NCBI GenBank assembly: GCA_003559235.1
Contig: PWME01000211.1
Location: forward strand, 1-46,425
Source: Mollicutes bacterium
GTDB lineage: Bacteria > Bacillota_I > Bacilli_A > Izemoplasmatales > Izemoplasmataceae
DNA length: 46,425 nt
Reading direction: 5' to 3'
Positions 8,814 through 16,765 of the stretch are shown here, one piece after another (positions within the stretch are counted from its first letter, which is position 1; each line of letters starts with the position of its first letter). The notes beneath the pieces were generated by a model, which saw only the letters and a program-made list of their open reading frames with translations, did no database searches and was not told the origin of the DNA. Position numbers and translations under genes: made by a program.

Positions 8814-8984
8814 TTACTTTTTTTGTGTTGGTTTCTTTTTGGATTTGTCCGTTTCACCAAGCGGTTTTTTCATGTCTTCAAGCACATCTTTTTCAAGTTC
8901 CTTGGATTCACTTTGACTTTGATTATGCGAATAATGGTCTTTTTGATGTGACTTTTTTCCAAATAGCTTAAGCAACCATTTCAT
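8814..8984 (-). CDS. small hydrophilic Lys-rich protein (56 aa), unknown function
   Basis: Below the ORF-track cutoff. GAGGTGA lies 4 nt before the ATG (8984). Translation: MKWLLKLFGKKSHQKDHYSHNQSQSESKELEKDVLEDMKKPLGETDKSKKKPTQKK. It is followed by a CCGGAG...CTCCGG hairpin with a T-rich tail (about 8776-8806). Confidence 0.5.
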   Translation of the reverse strand: MKWLLKLFGKKSHQKDHYSHNQSQSESKELEKDVLEDMKKPLGETDKSKKKPTQKK

Positions 8985-9059
8985 TGTTTCACCTCGTCTA
9001 TCTTCTATTCAAGGTCATAATAACATAGGAAAAAAGCCAATGCAATGCTTTAACAAGGC

Positions 9060-9683
9060 TTAAGACGCTTCCATTTTTTGATGGATGGACTCAATAAGGT
9101 GCTTAAATCGCTTATACAAAATAAACGTTAAACCATATACAAGTACCGCAAGCAACACGTTAAAAGGAATTGAGGCAAACAGCGCAAAACGCCATAAATA
9201 ATTATCCTCTGTGATTCCAGGAATAATTTCAAGCATGTTCAAAAGCCCGCCAACATCGCCATCAAAATACAAATCAATATAAAAGGGAATAATAATGAAA
9301 TAATTCGATAGTGTTGCCACAACGACCCAAACGAACGCACCCGCAATAGAAGCTAGTAACGCGCCTTGTTTGGTGCGCAACTTCCGGTAAATTAAAGAAC
9401 TTGTCACAACCGTCGCAACCCCAATAATCAAATCCGCTAACTCACCCACAAAGGCCGTATGACTTGCGGGTAACTTAATAAGCGTTCGGATTACAACCAC
9501 CGCTGACCCGGCAACGGGTCCAAACATAAACCCACCAATCGCCGCAGGAACATTAGAGATTTGGACTTCTAAAAAGGCCGGAAAAATAAACGGCAAAGGA
9601 AATCGCACAAAGTAATAAAGTACCACCGATAAAGCTGATAAGTTCGCAATAACTGCAATTTGTAAGGTTTTGTTTTGTCGCAT
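9060..9683 (-). CDS. ribU: ECF-transporter S component for riboflavin (RibU/YpaA-like)
   Basis: 207 aa, 5-6 TM helices. ISNVPAAIGGFMFGPVAGSAVVVIRTLIKL resembles RibU. The gene is directly preceded by an FMN riboswitch. Confidence 0.8.
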   Translation of the reverse strand: MRQNKTLQIAVIANLSALSVVLYYFVRFPLPFIFPAFLEVQISNVPAAIGGFMFGPVAGSAVVVIRTLIKLPASHTAFVGELADLIIGVATVVTSSLIYRKLRTKQGALLASIAGAFVWVVVATLSNYFIIIPFYIDLYFDGDVGGLLNMLEIIPGITEDNYLWRFALFASIPFNVLLAVLVYGLTFILYKRFKHLIESIHQKMEAS

Positions 9684-9700
9684 GAAAATCGCTCCTTTGC

Positions 9701-9733
9701 AAATAAAAATACTCTTGAACGATCTTCAAGAGC
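9701..9733 (-). terminator. FMN-riboswitch expression-platform terminator
   Basis: On the minus strand, CTCTTGAA-GATCG-TTCAAGAG followed by a T-rich run (TATTTTTATTT), between the aptamer and the ribU RBS (AAGGAG). Confidence 0.7.
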
Positions 9734-9756
9734 ATACAAAAGAGACGGATAAACAC

Positions 9757-9864
9757 ATCTTCTCTCATCTAGACTATCACTATCGGTTTTGGAATTACAC
9801 CAAATCATGCGTAACGCTCGCGGACTATACCGCCGGTCGGGAATTGCGCCCTGCCCTGAAGATA
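9757..9864 (-). promoter_or_regulatory. FMN riboswitch (RFN element) aptamer
   Basis: Minus-strand read: TCTTCAGGGCAGGGCGCAATTCCCGACCGGCGGTATAGTCCGCGAGCG...GGTGTAATTCCAAAACCGATAGTGATAGTCTAGATGAGAGAAGA. It contains the invariant RFN blocks AGGGCAGGG.GAAATTCCCGACCGGCGGTA and CCGACAGTGAAAGTCTGGATG.GAGAAG. Confidence 0.9.
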
Positions 9865-9913
9865 TTCATTCATTTATATTACAACATGATTTTAGCATGT
9901 GAAACAATGAAAT

Positions 9914-11368
9914 TCAAGATATATTGGTTTTGACTCTCGCTTGGGGTGGCAACCATGCATAGCGTTCTAAGGCTGTTGATAGCTCATGGTCTTTAACGGT
10001 GAAGGTTTGACTTGAAGGCGCGCTAAATACCGTCGCCTGAACCGATGCGAGTTTACGCCACCGTTGCACGGGATTTTGCGTTATCGTTAGCGATTGAATA
10101 TGCGGTTTTTTCATAAACACCGTAGTTTTTGCGACAAGGCGAAATCGCAATGTCATTTGACTTTCGTCAATACATGATGCCGCTTCCTTATACCGTAAAA
10201 AGCCAAACGCTAAAGATAGTGGCCAAAGCACGAACCCCCACCAAAATGCGCTATTGATAAATCCTAGCGCAATCAGTGGTAAGAAAATCAACGAAGCCCT
10301 TATTAAATACCGTTTTTTTGCCCGTTTTGGTACCGATTCTAGATTACATTCGGTATGGTATTCAGACGCAAACGATGCAATAAAATCTTGAAAGGCATCC
10401 CGTTTAATAAACGGATGAATAACCGTTTGATGGTTACTCTCATAACCCCCAGCACCCGCCACTTCAAGAATCACACTGCCATACCCAAACGGTTGCCTCA
10501 GCAACCCTTCCACAAAACGAATGGCCTGAATACGGTCGCGCGCTAACGTCAGTTGTTTTTGAACCAAAAACCCGCGCGTAATATGAAGCTTTTCATCACT
10601 GATTTTTAACGTAAACCGTCCGTACTGAAGGACATACCGTACGGTTGAAAGAATCCATGATACGAACACTAACACTGCAACCACAAAAAAAATCGTTACG
10701 ATTGTGGCCGCAAAGAAAGAATCTCTGATTGCCGTAAACATCGTTTCAGGCAAAAAAATCCATAATTGAGACGCAACCGCCGCAATGACTGAAAAGACAA
10801 GTCCAATGCCACCTGAGGTTAATCCTGCAAGAAATAACGTTTGTTCATCAAGTTGAAACAACGTTTCAAACTGTGAGGCACCATCATAATCACTTTCTTC
10901 ATTGTCTAAAACCCCATCATAAAACGCTTGCTTTAAGTAATGGGCTTCTTCTTTCGGTACAGCTTTAATATTGAGTTCTGGTTCGCTAAACCCACCCGCT
11001 GTTTCAATATGAACACTTAACAACCCAAACATCCTTTGAATAATATTCGATTGAATATTAATGGTTTGAACACGGGCTCTAGTAATCGTGCGACGCTTTT
11101 TAATAAACACCCCAGAACGAATCTCTAAGGTATGCGCATCATACCGATAACGGAAAAAAATCCAACTAAGGATCCCTCCGATAAAACTCAGTCCAACCGC
11201 ACCCAATGAAAAGACATAAAAAAACGTCCCCATACCGTTGGCATCGCCACCAAATAACGCAATCAAAAAGATAATCAACAATGGCACAATAAACTCTTTT
11301 AACTGTTTAGCCACCCCAAAAAAGATCATGACCCAATGTTGGCGGCGATACTCAGACATCATCATCAC
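9914..11368 (-). CDS. ydbT: YdbT-like membrane protein with three bacterial PH (bPH_2/DUF304) domains
   Basis: 484 aa with alternating TM hairpins and PH-like modules (IQRMFGLLSVHIETAG; RQPFGYGSVILEVAG; QRWRKLASVQATV). It overlaps the ydbS-like gene, as in the B. subtilis ydbST pair. Confidence 0.75.
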   Translation of the reverse strand: MMMMSEYRRQHWVMIFFGVAKQLKEFIVPLLIIFLIALFGGDANGMGTFFYVFSLGAVGLSFIGGILSWIFFRYRYDAHTLEIRSGVFIKKRRTITRARVQTINIQSNIIQRMFGLLSVHIETAGGFSEPELNIKAVPKEEAHYLKQAFYDGVLDNEESDYDGASQFETLFQLDEQTLFLAGLTSGGIGLVFSVIAAVASQLWIFLPETMFTAIRDSFFAATIVTIFFVVAVLVFVSWILSTVRYVLQYGRFTLKISDEKLHITRGFLVQKQLTLARDRIQAIRFVEGLLRQPFGYGSVILEVAGAGGYESNHQTVIHPFIKRDAFQDFIASFASEYHTECNLESVPKRAKKRYLIRASLIFLPLIALGFINSAFWWGFVLWPLSLAFGFLRYKEAASCIDESQMTLRFRLVAKTTVFMKKPHIQSLTITQNPVQRWRKLASVQATVFSAPSSQTFTVKDHELSTALERYAWLPPQARVKTNIS

Positions 11369-11837
11369 TCGATTCAGTCAAAGCCGCAATCTGATCACGC
11401 AACGCGTGCGCCTTGTCATGACTCAGTGCTGGAATACGGTGTTCATTCCCTGCCGTTGCGACCACTAAAGACGCCAATTTATACAGCCTTAAAATGGGCC
11501 CGCGTTCTGTATCGACATGTTGAATGCGTGCCATTGGGATCAATGTTCTGCGGATAATAATAATGCCCCGCTGTATATCAATCGAACTTTCTTCTACGTT
11601 GTAGCCCCAATAAAGCATCTTAAGCGGTGGTGCAATGAAAATATGCCAAATACCTAAAAGGATTACTAAGCCACCCAACACGAAAAATGGCCATAAGGGC
11701 CACCCATCAAAGCGCCTTGATAATACAAAGTATCCAATCGGCAAGGATAACTCAAACACCCATGCCACAAGTCCACCTAAGCGCCACGCTTTAATCGCCC
11801 GCTTCGGCATTTTATGTGTCGGTCTATGTAATGCCAT
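11352..11837 (-). CDS. ydbS: YdbS-like PH-domain membrane protein
   Basis: TM hairpin plus a bPH_2 module (GPILRLYKLASLVVATAG). Start set to ATG 11837 (AAGGTGA 6 nt upstream) rather than 11873, which would overlap ispA. Confidence 0.7.
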   Translation of the reverse strand: MALHRPTHKMPKRAIKAWRLGGLVAWVFELSLPIGYFVLSRRFDGWPLWPFFVLGGLVILLGIWHIFIAPPLKMLYWGYNVEESSIDIQRGIIIIRRTLIPMARIQHVDTERGPILRLYKLASLVVATAGNEHRIPALSHDKAHALRDQIAALTESSDDDV

Positions 11838-11853
11838 TGATCTCACCTTTTCT

Positions 11854-12699
11854 TTATTGCTTACGATTTTCAATCGTCTTAATCAGTTGCATTAACACTT
11901 CATGACTACCATCAATGCATGCAAGGGTACGTCGCACGGTTTCAAATAACTCATTTGCTAGATTTTTTGCTTTATCTAAGCCTAACAACGTCACAACCGT
12001 TGATTTTTTATGCCTTGTGTCGGATAAACTCTTTCCCATTGATGTTTCAGAACTAGTCGCTTCTAATATATCATCTTGAACTTGGAATACCAACCCAAGT
12101 TTTTCACCAATGGTTTGCCAGTGTACTGCGTCTTTAGGGTTCACAATATGAGCCGCCGCAACAAGCGGCGCTTCTATTAATCGTGCGGTTTTATTACAAT
12201 GAATTTTTTCTAACGTATCATATGTGATATGTTTTCCTTCACTATCAAAATCAAGCCATTGCCCATAAACCATGCCCAAAGCACCCGCCGCGTGTGAAAA
12301 CACCTTAATAATTGCGACTTTTGCTTGATCATTCAGTGCATCTGTTTCACCAATCAAACGGAACGCATCGGTAAGCAACGCATCACCCGCCAAAATCGCG
12401 GTCGCTTCTCCAAATACTTTATGCACGGTTGGTTTTCCGCGCCTTAAATCATCATCATCCATCGCGGGTAAATCATCATGAATCAACGAATACGTATGAA
12501 TCATTTCAATCGATGCCGCAAGCTTCATGTAGGGCTCAATCGAATAACCATAATCTTCAAGCGCTGTTAAAAAAAGCCGTGGTCTTAACCGTTTACCACC
12601 GTGTAAAAGCGCGTGTTGAATCGCCGATTTCAACGCGCTATTTGGGAGTGTTTCACAATAGTTTTTTAATGTATTTTCAATCATCGTTAGATGATTCAT
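11854..12699 (-). CDS. ispA: (2E,6E)-farnesyl diphosphate synthase
   Basis: 281 aa. FARM is IHTYSLIHDDLPAMDDDDLRRGKPTVHKVFG and SARM is FQVQDDILE. Tyr at position -5 of the FARM is the short-chain (FPP) determinant known from the Geobacillus enzyme. Confidence 0.85.
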   Translation of the reverse strand: MNHLTMIENTLKNYCETLPNSALKSAIQHALLHGGKRLRPRLFLTALEDYGYSIEPYMKLAASIEMIHTYSLIHDDLPAMDDDDLRRGKPTVHKVFGEATAILAGDALLTDAFRLIGETDALNDQAKVAIIKVFSHAAGALGMVYGQWLDFDSEGKHITYDTLEKIHCNKTARLIEAPLVAAAHIVNPKDAVHWQTIGEKLGLVFQVQDDILEATSSETSMGKSLSDTRHKKSTVVTLLGLDKAKNLANELFETVRRTLACIDGSHEVLMQLIKTIENRKQ

Positions 12700-13232
12700 T
12701 TCACATCATCCTTATTAACAAACCTAGCGATTTTTTCAAAGGGCTTGCGCTTCTTTTCACGAACCGTATCATGCATTGCGTGCCCAATGCTTAATACAAT
12801 ATGAATTCTAGAGGTTTTAGGAATTCCCAAAACATCCTTTAACGTTCCTTCTTTAAACCACCCTATCAAACATGAAGCATACCCTTTTGCGGTCGCTGCA
12901 AGCGCTAAATGCGCACAAGCAATCCCAATATCAATGGCCGCATAGGGCTGTTTCTTAACCGCACCCAACACGCGTGCTGGCAGTTTTGTCGGCAACATCT
13001 CAACGACAATAAAAGCACTCGCTTGACGGTTAAACGATTGCGTCAGTGCTTTGGCTACTAGAGATTTTAGCGGGTCTTCATCGACAACATGAAACATCCA
13101 AGGTTGCCCATTGACCGCAGAAGGCGCAAGACGCGCCGCCTCAACAATCGCTTCTAAATCATCCCGGCTAACCGTGCCACCTTTAAACTGCCGACAACTT
13201 TGGCGTTCTTTAATCGCTGTGAATAGATCCAT
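12696..13232 (-). CDS. nitroreductase-family protein
   Basis: 178 aa. RQSCRQF...LEAIVEAARLAPSAVNGQPW is the nitroreductase N-terminal signature. 4-nt overlap with ispA. Confidence 0.75.
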   Translation of the reverse strand: MDLFTAIKERQSCRQFKGGTVSRDDLEAIVEAARLAPSAVNGQPWMFHVVDEDPLKSLVAKALTQSFNRQASAFIVVEMLPTKLPARVLGAVKKQPYAAIDIGIACAHLALAATAKGYASCLIGWFKEGTLKDVLGIPKTSRIHIVLSIGHAMHDTVREKKRKPFEKIARFVNKDDVK

Positions 13233-13660
13233 AGGCTCAACTCCAAATCCTGATAAAACCCAATATCGGTTATTAAAATATTACCACACAATTAAGCAAA
13301 TGTTTACCAATCTAACGAGAATACACATTAAGGCATCGAGGATAATGTTCGTTATAGTGTCGTCGCATTATAATGTGGTTTACTGATTGCTTCAGTTATT
13401 CAGACCAAGACCCATCGCTAAACAGTTTTTTTAACCGTTGATACACTGGTCTACCATCTCTGTCACCTGACACTTCTAAGACGAAAACACATGGATAATC
13501 CCTATTATGGTTTATGTTACACGGTAGACAGTTTTTCAGTAATCTGCTTAAAAAAGTCTGAATGCCAAAGGTTAAGTGAATCAACATCTTTTATAAAGGG
13601 CAATACATCCTTTTTAGCCATTGCGTAGTTAATCTTTATATCAGTATAATTGATAAAATC

Positions 13661-13702
13661 AAAAAAGAAGCATTAATCCAATTTTAGCGGATTAGATGCT
13701 TC
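13661..13702 (-). terminator. intrinsic terminator after the RumA-type gene
   Basis: On the minus strand, GAAGCATCTAATCC-loop-GGATTAATGCTTC (one bulge) followed by TTTTTT. Confidence 0.7.
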
Positions 13703-13727
13703 TAGTTCTATTGTATGAATAACTTTG

Positions 13728-15095
13728 TTAAGACGTTTTTAAGGTAAGCAGTGTGACGCTTTCAACGTGGCTTGTATGTGGAAACATATCAAACGGTGTG
13801 ATAGATTTTACGGTATAAAGTTTTCTTAAGCGTTCAATATCTTTTGCCAATGTACTCGGATTACAAGAAACATACACAAGTTTTTTAACCGGTTTTTTTA
13901 ACACTTGATCAATCAAACGTGCCCCTAACCCTGTTCTAGGTGGGTCAAACATCATCACATCAAACGTTTCTTTCGCTTCAAACAACGTTTTAATCGCCCT
14001 AGATGCATCATCACATAAGAAACGTACATGGTTAAATTGATTACGCTTTGCGTTTTCTTTCGCGCTGTCAATCGATGCTTGGGATGCATCAACCCCAACC
14101 ACACGTTTGAAGCGATTCGCAAAGGCTAATGCCATGGCACCACTACCTGTAAACATATCGCACAAACTTTCATCTGAGGTGTCAAATAACGTTTCGATGT
14201 GGGCAATCATCGCATGGGCTGCCTCTGGATTAATTTGATAAAAAGCTTTCGGTCCTAAAGCAACTTCAACATCACGAATCTTTTCCACAATATACTGTTT
14301 TCCTGCAACCACTTCAATGGAATCCCCAAAGACTTCATGATTTTTTGCGTCATGGCGAACACTCAGTGCCACACTAACAACATCGTCAATAGTGAGTAAC
14401 TTTTCCGCAAGCGGTTTTAACACCGTGCTTAAAATACTCACAACCAACGTCAATTGTACTTCATCCGTTGCACTGCTAATGCGGGCAACAATGTGCCTTA
14501 ATAACCCGCGCATGGTTTTTCCATCAAACGCACGAATTGATTGATCATTACATATCGCTAACGCTTTTTGAATCACGCGGTTTAACGTAGGGTGTTGGAC
14601 TGGGCAATCAGGAATGGAGAGTAAATCCATTGTGTTTTTCTTATAAAGCCCCGCAACGACGCCTTCTTTGGTTTGCATCACGGGCATTTGCGCTTTATGC
14701 CGATAGTGTTTTAAGGTATTAAGCGGGGTAAAGGATTGAAAAAGCGATTCGTCATCAACTTTGGGTGCATACCGATCAAACGCTTGCTTAAGTAAGTCTT
14801 CTTTTAAACGGAGTTGTTCATCATACGCGACGTGTTGCAGTTGACATCCACCACAAACCCCGTAGTACTTACAAAACGGCCGCGTTCGGTAATACGCGCG
14901 TTTTTTTATGCGAATCGTTTCACCGTAAGCGAAAGTTCGTTTTACATCGATAATCCGCACCACCACAACCTCTGGTGGCATAACACCATCCACAAACACG
15001 GCTTTGCGCTTATAAAAGCCAACCCCTTCACCGTTAATACCGATGGATTTAATCGTCAGTAATATTTCTTGGTCCTTTTCTAATTGAACATCCAT
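13728..15095 (-). CDS. 23S rRNA (uracil-C5)-methyltransferase, RumA/RlmCD family (paralog 1)
   Basis: 455 aa with an N-terminal TRAM domain, the Fe-S cysteine cluster CKYYGVCGGCQLQH, the SAM motif DMFTGSGAMAL, and C-terminal YVSCNPSTLAKD and FDMFPHTSHVE. Confidence 0.85.
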   Translation of the reverse strand: MDVQLEKDQEILLTIKSIGINGEGVGFYKRKAVFVDGVMPPEVVVVRIIDVKRTFAYGETIRIKKRAYYRTRPFCKYYGVCGGCQLQHVAYDEQLRLKEDLLKQAFDRYAPKVDDESLFQSFTPLNTLKHYRHKAQMPVMQTKEGVVAGLYKKNTMDLLSIPDCPVQHPTLNRVIQKALAICNDQSIRAFDGKTMRGLLRHIVARISSATDEVQLTLVVSILSTVLKPLAEKLLTIDDVVSVALSVRHDAKNHEVFGDSIEVVAGKQYIVEKIRDVEVALGPKAFYQINPEAAHAMIAHIETLFDTSDESLCDMFTGSGAMALAFANRFKRVVGVDASQASIDSAKENAKRNQFNHVRFLCDDASRAIKTLFEAKETFDVMMFDPPRTGLGARLIDQVLKKPVKKLVYVSCNPSTLAKDIERLRKLYTVKSITPFDMFPHTSHVESVTLLTLKTS

Positions 15096-15119
15096 TGTTG
15101 GCCCACTTTCCTTAATAAA

Positions 15120-15389
15120 CTACCACGTGTAATCTTCTGGATTAAACGCATACTCATCATCTTCAACCATCGTCGCTTTTTCAGGTGGCGATGTTGCTAG
15201 TGTTTTATCACGCACCCTTTGACGTACAAGGCGGTAAAGTTGCACAAGCGAAAAGACGAAAATAAAATAATAGACTGGACGCGTCATGAAACCACCTTCA
15301 GACCGAAGTTCAGAAACAATAAATATCCCGAGTCCTAAAATAACGCCCCATAACTTTGTACTTTGTTTAGATTCTTTGTTATTTTGCAT
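15120..15389 (-). CDS. small two-TM membrane protein (89 aa), unknown function
   Basis: Start set to ATG 15389 (GGAGGAGAAAT before the ATG). Two hydrophobic helices and an acidic C-terminal tail (MVEDDEYAFNPEDYTW). Confidence 0.5.
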   Translation of the reverse strand: MQNNKESKQSTKLWGVILGLGIFIVSELRSEGGFMTRPVYYFIFVFSLVQLYRLVRQRVRDKTLATSPPEKATMVEDDEYAFNPEDYTW

Positions 15390-15432
15390 ATTTCTCCTCC
15401 AAGTATCTACACTACCCATTATACACGCTTAT

Positions 15433-16626
15433 TTACGATGACACACCGTCTTCTTTTAATAATTTTTCTGAAAAGACATCAATTAATATGGCTCCTAAGG
15501 GTGCACTTAATAGTATGGATATGACCGCAAGTGCCAACATTTTTTCTCCCCCAGCAATCCCAAGCGTTAAAGGCAATCCGCCAATTGACGCTTGCACCGT
15601 TGCTTTGGGTAAAAACGCCATCACAAAAAATGTGCGTTCACGAAGCGAAAACATGCTTCTTTGCGTCACAAGCAACACAGCCAGTGAACGCACGATTAAC
15701 CCACTAAGCACAATAACAATACCAATCAACCCAACCTCTAAGGCAACCATTGGATCAACCGCGGCCCCTACCAACACAAATAAGAATACCTCCGCAATAA
15801 CCCACACTTTATCAAATTTTCTTGACAGCCTTTCACCAAGCGGCGGTTTCTTTTCAATCATCACAATCCCTAAAACCATGACCCCAAGCAGCGCCGCAAT
15901 CGCTAAAGTGCCTTCAAGCCAATCAGCCAAAGCGACCATGAAGATACTTGCCGATAAAAGCATAATCACTTTTTTTGAATCGCGTATTTTAAACCGGTTA
16001 AACAAAAACAACATGGCAAATCCAACCATCAAACCAAGGACAACCCCTAACAGAATGGAGAGCGGAATCGAAAAAATTTGTAATGCCACATTGATGCTTG
16101 TGGCCGTACTGATTCCCACAAACATCGAAAAGACTGTAATGGCGATCACATCATCCACACTCGCAGACGCTAAAATAACCGATGGCGCATGGTTTTTCTT
16201 CCCAACCCCTTTTTTCATCAAAGCGAGCATAGAAGGGACAATAACAGCCGGTGAGACCGCCGCAATCATAAACCCTGTCATTCCACCTTGCACAAAACTA
16301 AAGTCAAACAAAATAATAACCATCAAGGCCACGAAAAGGCCTTCAAAAACCACGGGCACTGTGCTCATAAACGCCGCTGGTTTACCAATCTTTTGTAAGG
16401 TTTTTCGGTTCAATCCAAGTCCTGCGCGCAATAACACAATAATAAGCGTAATACGCCGAATATCCGTTGAGATGGCAAGCATCGAATCGTCCAACCAATT
16501 TAACGCACTCGGACCAACCAAAATACCACCAATAAGCATCCCAACCAGTGGTGGCATCTTCACTCTCGATGCAAAAAAACCAAACAATAACCCAACCGCA
16601 ATAATAACCGCTACACTAATCATCAT
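15433..16626 (-). CDS. cation:proton antiporter (Na+/H+ exchanger family)
   Basis: About 397 aa with roughly 11-12 TM helices. The N-terminus VAVIIAVGLLFGFFASRVKMPPLVGMLIGGILVGPSALNWLD is typical of the CPA family. Start at ATG 16626 (GGAGG 8 nt upstream). Confidence 0.75.
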   Translation of the reverse strand: MMISVAVIIAVGLLFGFFASRVKMPPLVGMLIGGILVGPSALNWLDDSMLAISTDIRRITLIIVLLRAGLGLNRKTLQKIGKPAAFMSTVPVVFEGLFVALMVIILFDFSFVQGGMTGFMIAAVSPAVIVPSMLALMKKGVGKKNHAPSVILASASVDDVIAITVFSMFVGISTATSINVALQIFSIPLSILLGVVLGLMVGFAMLFLFNRFKIRDSKKVIMLLSASIFMVALADWLEGTLAIAALLGVMVLGIVMIEKKPPLGERLSRKFDKVWVIAEVFLFVLVGAAVDPMVALEVGLIGIVIVLSGLIVRSLAVLLVTQRSMFSLRERTFFVMAFLPKATVQASIGGLPLTLGIAGGEKMLALAVISILLSAPLGAILIDVFSEKLLKEDGVSS

Positions 16627-16641
16627 ACGAATCGCCTCCAA

Positions 16642-16684
16642 TAAAAAACGCCTGTTCACAACGAAAAACGTTGTAAACAGGCGT
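16642..16684 (-). terminator. strong intrinsic terminator / leader hairpin between heliorhodopsin and the antiporter
   Basis: On the minus strand, ACGCCTGTTTACAACG-TTTTT-CGTTGTGAACAGGCGT (16-bp stem, one mismatch) followed by TTTTTT, immediately ahead of the antiporter RBS. Confidence 0.75.
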
Positions 16685-16730
16685 CATCAGCACATGGCAG
16701 TTTCGGTGAACACCATCACCATCGCGTTCA

Positions 16731-16758
16731 ATTATACCATAATGATGGGGAGATACAA
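16731..16758 (-). promoter_or_regulatory. candidate extended -10 promoter upstream of the leader hairpin
   Basis: On the minus strand, TTGTAT, 16-nt spacer, TGgTATAAT (the -10 is the complement of 16731-16736). Confidence 0.45.
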
Positions 16759-16765
16759 GCGCTTT

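Noticed and set aside
11854-12699. The prenyl synthase considered as a CrtE-like GGPP synthase feeding retinal synthesis for the heliorhodopsin
   Set aside because: The FARM context IHTYSLIHDD has Tyr at position -5, the hallmark of short-chain FPP synthases (IspA). No crtB/crtI/crtY/blh genes are nearby.
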